A DNA stretch of 64,000 nt, taken from NCBI GenBank assembly GCA_048772705.1, contig JBLWGC010000035.1, positions 62,001 to 126,000 on the forward strand. The letters are read 5' to 3'. Positions within the stretch are counted from its first letter, which is position 1. Each line of letters starts with the position of its first letter. Under the pieces are notes generated by a model. That model was not told the DNA's origin, did not search any database, and saw only the letters and a program-made list of their open reading frames with translations. The position numbers and the translations under genes are program-made. The stretch comes from Leidyana gryllorum EB-2025a. Taxonomy: Eukaryota > Protista > Apicomplexa. This document shows, in pieces, positions 57,857 through 64,000 of the stretch.

Positions 57857-58992
57857 TCAGGAGGAGAAATTGTGCGCCCGTTTGGCCCGGAAAGTCTTGA
57901 TATGGAAGAAAGCGGCCGAGTTCTCCAGAAGTCGACAGAGGACGTCCCTCTGCTTGACGTCCTCGAAGACGAAAACTAAGGATGTACGGGGTGCGCTCTT
58001 TTTCTTTCCCTGAAGCTTATCTTTCAAAGCTCTCAGTGTGGATGTGCGTCGTTCGCTTCCCTCTTTCTCCTTGTTGAAAGCCGCAGTGGTCCATACCACC
58101 ATGTGGGGTAAGGTATCTAACTCAGCGACCTATTTTATGTGCGACAGTGAGTGAAGGGGTCGCTTGACGATAATACTTACAGTCGTTCTCAACGCGTCAT
58201 CAGTGGTGTTCTTTGTGAGATAATTGAGGCCTCCGGTTTGGCAGTCTATTTCTCTGCGGGAAGGGAACATCGAAGGTAATCATTATGGCGGAGCTTATAC
58301 TCACTCAAAGTACTCTAAATGGATGTACAGCGAGTGCAATTGATCGTCACGGCGTCGGACTATAAAGAGCCGTCCCAAAAGTGGATGGTAGAACAGCATT
58401 ATCGGTTTCAACATTCCACCATTGGCCTAAAGGAAGAGTCCATTGCTCAAGTATTGATTCGATTGCCCTTAAAATACCTTGACAAAAGCGTAGGCGGTCA
58501 CACCTTCACCGTATAATTTAATAAGGGAGCCATCCAATCTCAAAGCTTTGCTCGCCTTGGCAACCTCCTCATCATTGAGTTTGAACCGACCGATCTCTGA
58601 GGCTTTGGCAATCACTGGTTCAGTGGTCTGAGCTGGCGGGGCTGGAGTATCTCCCTTCTGCAAATCAGCAGCCACAGAGGCCTCTTCTTCCTCTTCTTCT
58701 TCCTCGTCTTCGTCGTCAGCCTCGTCTTCCTCGTCCTCATCTTCGCCGGCGTCACCCTCTGAGTCCTCCTCTTGATCTTCCTGCTCCTCCTCCTCTTCAG
58801 ACACATCCTCCACATCTTCGGCAGGATGTGCTTTCTGATTACAGCTGTGTGTCGCGGGGCCGGATCACATTTCTGGTCACTTACGGGTTCCGCTGTCACG
58901 AAAGTGGTCTCTTTGGCAGCATTCCCGGTGGTCACTTTCTCCCAATCATCGAACCTTTTTGCGAGTTCCTTCACACGATTAATGTTCGACAT
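57857..58992 (-). CDS. Ribosomal L1 domain-containing nucleolar protein (RSL1D1/Cic1/Utp30-like); multi-exon
   Basis: Acidic N-terminal tract, then fragments such as MVVWTT...LLENSAAFFHIKT; exon joins only partly resolved. Confidence 0.5.
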
Positions 58993-59197
58993 AATTGTGT
59001 GTGTGGACAGGACATGCAAAACACGCTATAGAGCCAAGTATCTATCAATGATCAAAGTAAAATATAACATCGTCAATAGCGATGCTGTTTGCTGTCAGTG
59101 ATTGTCAATGCTCTGATTTATGTGGAATTATTGGGGCACACACGTTTGTAGACTCCATGTATTACTACCGAGCATTTGTGCACACACCCGCACTTCA

Positions 59198-59790
59198 ATG
59201 ACTCCCTGGAGCTTCTTCCGTTCGCGTACTGCCTCCAAGACCATTGCTTGCAAAACGCAAGTGATGGCCTGCAGTGAAGCGGACTTTGCCTCCTCACCGA
59301 GCTTGAGAAAGCTCAAGCAAGTGGAGCAGAACTATGTCTCTAGATCTCTCCACGCCCAACCGCCATTGGATCCGTCAGCCAGCTTTCTGGTGAGTGTTTG
59401 AACTGGGGAGACGACACATTCTATCTTCTCCCACAGGCCAGCGATCCGTTCAAATTGAACGGCGCAATGCCACCTCGCGACTTGGCGAAGATCACGGAAA
59501 TGGTGGCCACCGACCTGGCCAAGGAAGCAAAGGCTGCCTCCACAGAGTTGAGATCTATGAATTACGAGTATCTCAAACAGCTGGAGATTTGGGAGCGTCA
59601 ACAGTACCTGACGGCCCTCAATGTCAAGGAGGAACCGCGTGTTCGCCACGTTGGTGTCTCCTGCCTCTCGCCCAAATCTTCTTTCCGCGTCCGAAAGCGA
59701 GCTGATATCGTTCAAAGCTTCAAACTCGCTGCCTTGAGTACCATGGATTCGGAGACACTGTCCGCCTGGACGGAAACCATCTTGGATTGA
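59198..59790 (+). CDS. Hypothetical helical protein; intron ~59389-59437
   Basis: gtgagt...ccacag intron joins ORFs 59120-59401 and 59398-59790. Confidence 0.55.
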
Positions 59791-60258
59791 TCTTTTAGAC
59801 CCTTTGTGCTGAGCGGTTACAGTCAGTCCAGAGGTCCCAGCGATGTCGCTACCCTCAAAACTGGGTGATCCCTTACTGCAGTCGCTTGGTACCACCTCTG
59901 GATGCTGACACGCTCTTTTTTTGTGCTCCGTGCCACGGTCTCGCCATACTAACAATCGATTCTTAATTCCTACATATTCGATCTCCCTGCGATAATCCAT
60001 CAGATTATCGAGCTTTCTACCAGCCTGTGACGATACAGACTATTGCCAACAGTGTAATTGCACTCGGCTGCTGGAGTGCAGAACGGGTCGCTGCCCATCC
60101 GTGGAGGCATATACCGAGATTGTAGCACACACGTGTGTTGTGTTCGACTGCACGTCTTTTTTGGTAGTGTCATTCATTCTTTCACATCCATGCAGTCCCA
60201 AGCTACTTATCGCTCCCCCACACGATTCAGCTCACAGAAGGAGGTCGGTGCCTCACTT

Positions 60259-60699
60259 TCAGGCCTCCGGAGTGACCATCAGATCTAACTGGTTTCTCAG
60301 TGCAGAAGTATGGATTCCCACAACGGTGGAGGTAACGGTGCCATTCTCGATGAACAAGAAGGTCGGCATGGCAGTAATGTGAGCCTCCTCAGCCCTGTGG
60401 TGAAAAGTGGATCATTTGATGGTTGATCGGCCATTATGGTGGCACTTACACGTCCTCGAGCTCGTCAACGTCGACCTTCAGGAATCTGACACCTTTGTAT
60501 CTGTCTTCGTTGGACATGGCTTCAAATTCAGGCCCGATTTTCTTGCAGGGTCCACACCATGTTGCCCAGAAGTCAACTGCGACCTTAGTGTTATCCTTCA
60601 ACAACTGCTGGTACTCTGTTCGGGGCGGTCGTATAGATACGATAGTGTGTTTAGGGTTGTGTACTCACCAGCCTTGGATTTGACAGCATGGACTGGCAT
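60259..60699 (-). CDS. TRX: Thioredoxin; two introns, not shown by the ORF track
   Basis: Spliced MPVHAVKSKAEYQQLLKDNTKVAVDFWATWCGPCKKIGPEF...FLKVDVDELEDVAEEAHITAMPTFLF. Confidence 0.95.
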
Positions 60700-60844
60700 C
60701 TTTTGATTGGTGATAGACCGAAATTTATAGTTGACGAGTTTTCGGGACCGTTTTTTGGTAAGTGGAGAGTGAGAGTGCCGGTCCAAGGAAAATAATGGTG
60801 GCGTGGACGGGTTTTGGGCTAAAAAGAGCCGAAAAAAAAGGGAG

Positions 60845-62492
60845 ATGAAGAGGGCATTGGGAGTCAAAGCCCACAAAGGGCCTAAGAAAGTTCGTAAACT
60901 TCCTCCCAAACCCCAAGTGGTAGAGCCAGAGTCTGAGTCGGAACCCGAGTCCGAAGTCGAAGTTGAAAAAGAGGATGAAGAAGTAGAATCGCCTCAAAAC
61001 CTCAGTGACTTAGACGACAGTACCACTGAGAGTGACGCTGACTCTGATGATGATGAAGAAGAAGACGATTCCGGGTCATCTGACGGGGAAGATCAATTAA
61101 AGACTGCTCAGCCGGAGGATAGTGAGGGGTCCGAGTCTGATGATGATGAGGAGGATGATATGGAGACTCAAGGACTGGCCGAGTTGAGTGCCCATCAGGA
61201 CGATGAGGGAGACATGTTCACTTCTCTGCCCAACGATCGGGAAGTACTCAAGTCCATGTTGGACCGGTGCCAGGAGTTGACTTCAAAGGGTGCTGACCCC
61301 AAAGCGCGCAAAGGGATGTCCCGCTCTGATGTTTTACAACAGATGGTCGTCATTGCTGCCAAGTACTACGGTTATAATACTCAGCTCGCAGAGTACTTCA
61401 TCAACTTGTTCGGTCCCAAGGAGGCCATTGAATTCTTCGAAGCCAATGATGCTCAAAGACCCGTCACTTTACGTGTGAACGGACTCAAAACTAGACGTCG
61501 TGACCTCGCCCAAGTCCTCATCATGCGTGGAGCAAATGTTGACCCTCTTGGAGACTGGACTAAGGTCGGTCTTTGCGTCAAGGACTCCAACATCCCAGTT
61601 GGTGCCACCCCCGAGTACTTGGCCGGCCACTATATGTTGCAAGCTGCCAGTTCCTTCCTCCCTGTGATCGCTCTCGCTCCCAAACCCGACGAAAGGATTC
61701 TCGATATGGCCGCCGCCCCTGGTGGAAAGAGTACATATCTCGCTCAGATGATGAGAAATTCGGGTGTTCTATATGCCAACGACGCCAGCAAAACCCGTGC
61801 CTACGCTCTGATCGCAAATCTTCATCGATTGGGCATCCGCAATTCAATCGTCCTCAACGAAGATGGCAGAGAGTAAGCCCTTACACACATTCACACTCTC
61901 ATCCATTGCTTTCAATCGCAGACTGGGAAAGTACTTATCCAAACTCGATCGCGTCCTGCTAGATGCTCCATGCACGGGATCCGGAGTCATCGCCAAAGAT
62001 CCAGCTGTCAAAGTCAAGAGAACACCCGAAGATTTTGAGAAGATCTCAGGTCTTCAACGTGAACTCTTGAGAACGGCTGTTGATCTGGTCGATGCTGACT
62101 CAAAAACTGGGGGCTATATCGTCTATTCTACCTGCTCTGTGGCCGTAGAAGAGAACGAATGTGTCATCGTAAGTTGCCAAACACTGCCCACACATATACC
62201 ATTATCTCAGGACTATATTCTCAAAATGCGCAATGTCAAACTCGTTGAATCCGGTATCACCTGCAAGTTCAGAGAGGGACTCTCCACCTACCGAAATTAC
62301 CGATTTGATCCCTCCATGAAGCTCTGCCGACGCTTCTATCCTCACGACCACGATGTCGATGGCTTTTTTGTAGCTAAGCTCAAGAAACTCTCCAATGACA
62401 TCCCACAGGTAGCCAAAAGGGATCGTACACCCACCAATGTCCATGTTCGCGATGCTGGCGAGCCAAAGAAAAAGCTCACCAAAAAGAAGTAA
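60845..62492 (+). CDS. NOP2: 25S rRNA cytosine-C5 methyltransferase NOP2/NSUN1; introns ~61872-61921 and 62169-62210
   Basis: GATPEYLAGHYMLQ, LDMAAAPGGKS, DRVLLDAPCTGSG, VYSTCSV, DGFFVAKLKK. Confidence 0.96.
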
Positions 62493-63158
62493 CTCACACA
62501 TCAGCACTTGACTATTCGGTTCGGGGTAATACAGTCAGTAGACATCAAACGACACCAACCTTCAACAGCCCACTACCTCACTTAAAATTGCCACATGACA
62601 CTCAGCGCTCGATCAAGATGGACCACCCGAGATCATCACCGCGACGTCCGTAGTAAAGGCACTCGATAATGATCATCCATCCTGAGAGCAGCACATGACA
62701 TGCGCATCATGTCCCTTGTCGCTTGTATACCGATTCTCCTCAACCTCAGACCTCCTGCCCGTTGTGACCTCGCGAAAGCCACACAAAGAGGAGAAATCCT
62801 CACGCTGAATTCGGGCATGTCACGTAGACCGCCCATCAACATAGCTGAGGGCCCTTACGAACACGGCTGCTTCAGCACTTCGATCGACCATATCATGCGC
62901 TTTTGGAATTGCGCGTATCATCCTCGTAGAATGTTGCCTCCGCTTCGCTATTGCTCAGGCTGCGAAGCGTTCGTGTACACACACTTTCACCAGGGCATCA
63001 ATAACCGTCACTCGAGCATTTGAGGAGGCTCCGGTCGCAACGGATTAACCCATTTCGCCCTGCCCTCCCTCGAGGATCACATAGCACAATTGTAAATGAC
63101 ACTGCTGTTCTCGAAAAAATAGCTTCATATGCTCGCACACTAATCACACTCAGGTCAA

Positions 63159-64000
63159 TCAGATTGTACAAACTCCATCTTCTTCGGAAGACGAACTTAT
63201 AGTAACAGCCACAACTGGTCCAGATCCTCTTTGATAATTTCTCCATCTTCTTCTTGCCACTATCCAAGCTGCTATGCTCAAACCACTTAACATACTTGCT
63301 CCAACGGTATATAGAGTGAGATCAGGCTTCTCCTTAATCCTTCTGCCTCCGTCTTGGATCAGTGTCCAGGTCTTCCCCAGCAGTTGCTGGGCGGAGTTAA
63401 ACAGATCTTGGACAGGACGCGACGTCCTGGTCCCAACGTCCTCCACACTCTGTCCTTCGAATTTGCTTTGAAAAGATCCAAACTTGTCAGTCAGTAACTG
63501 AACAGCTTTATCAGAATTCTTGCGGGCCTCCATGGATATTAAACGTGGATCAGTTCCTGCCAAAGTGGGCCAAGAACCCCTTCCTTCATGCTCGACTTCG
63601 CCTACTCTTCTTGGAGAACTCTCGATACCGATTCTACCGCTTTTGAACAGATCCCCCACTCCTTTGAAATTCCACTTCAGCTCGACTCCCGCTTCTCGCA
63701 CTAGCGAACTCTGTGTAGCGGGAACAAGGCTGGCATCGTCCGAGTCGAAATTATTATCAGCAAGAGCACTGCCGAATTGAGGGTAGCGCGGGGTGACAGC
63801 CCGGCGATTTGAAGAGATGTCATCGGTGGGTGACACGCCTACAATCTCAATACCATCGTCTGGGATCGCATCGACTGGGGCAATCCACAGAGGTTCGTCA
63901 TTGTCGCCAGCAGGAGTCGGCCACGAGCGTCTTTTGCCCTGAGCTGAGGGTGGAGGTAAAGTGCTTGTGACTCGAACTTCCACCGGTATGCGACCTTTGG
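63159..64000 (-). CDS. 3' part of a protein with a C-terminal TM, running off the window edge
   Basis: Frame open to the edge; TM LYTVGASMLSGLSIAAWIVA followed by RRRWR. Confidence 0.6.
   Translation of the reverse strand, partial: KGRIPVEVRVTSTLPPPSAQGKRRSWPTPAGDNDEPLWIAPVDAIPDDGIEIVGVSPTDDISSNRRAVTPRYPQFGSALADNNFDSDDASLVPATQSSLVREAGVELKWNFKGVGDLFKSGRIGIESSPRRVGEVEHEGRGSWPTLAGTDPRLISMEARKNSDKAVQLLTDKFGSFQSKFEGQSVEDVGTRTSRPVQDLFNSAQQLLGKTWTLIQDGGRRIKEKPDLTLYTVGASMLSGLSIAAWIVARRRWRNYQRGSGPVVAVTISSSSEEDGVCTI

Noticed and set aside
62700-63023. 107-aa ORF between NOP2 and the terminal gene
   Set aside because: No recognisable motif or consistent exon structure; left uncalled, although the gap may hold a small gene.
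1-64000. Frameshifts, stop-codon reassignment or pseudogenes suggested by fragmented ORFs
   Set aside because: The breaks I examined are resolved by short canonical GT-AG introns that restore conserved motifs under the standard code.

Overview
A very gene-dense eukaryotic locus, not prokaryotic DNA: about 40 protein-coding genes, most split by short (typically 35-60 nt) canonical GT-AG introns, which explains why the ORF track is fragmented. A CDPK7-type kinase, an oocyst-wall-like Cys-repeat protein, an ApiAT/SLC43-like MFS transporter, a TRAP-like transmembrane tail and a divergent actin-related protein point to an apicomplexan, probably gregarine-like (inference). Housekeeping genes include RPL7-like, GRWD1/RRB1, USP39/SAD1, DNAJC8-like, RPN1, UEV/MMS2, a multi-KH protein, NOL9/Grc3-like, TCTP, Abitram-like, SMYD, RSL1D1-like, thioredoxin and NOP2. 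Manual splicing revealed genes the ORF track does not show whole: a Mediator MED18 domain fused to a long polyQ region, a MOZART1-like microprotein, a TRAP/MIC2-type membrane protein with no adhesive domains, a GyrI-like protein with a possible signal peptide, and two PSI-like membrane paralogues. Also notable: head-to-head genes with start codons 3-58 bp apart, a recurrent CACACGTGTG palindrome, an N-terminally truncated RPN1, and three possibly horizontally acquired small-molecule-handling genes (plant-type UGT, YdcZ-type DMT transporter, GyrI-like). No rRNA, tRNA, CRISPR array or transposon could be supported. All homology calls are by eye from remembered family motifs; no searches were run.
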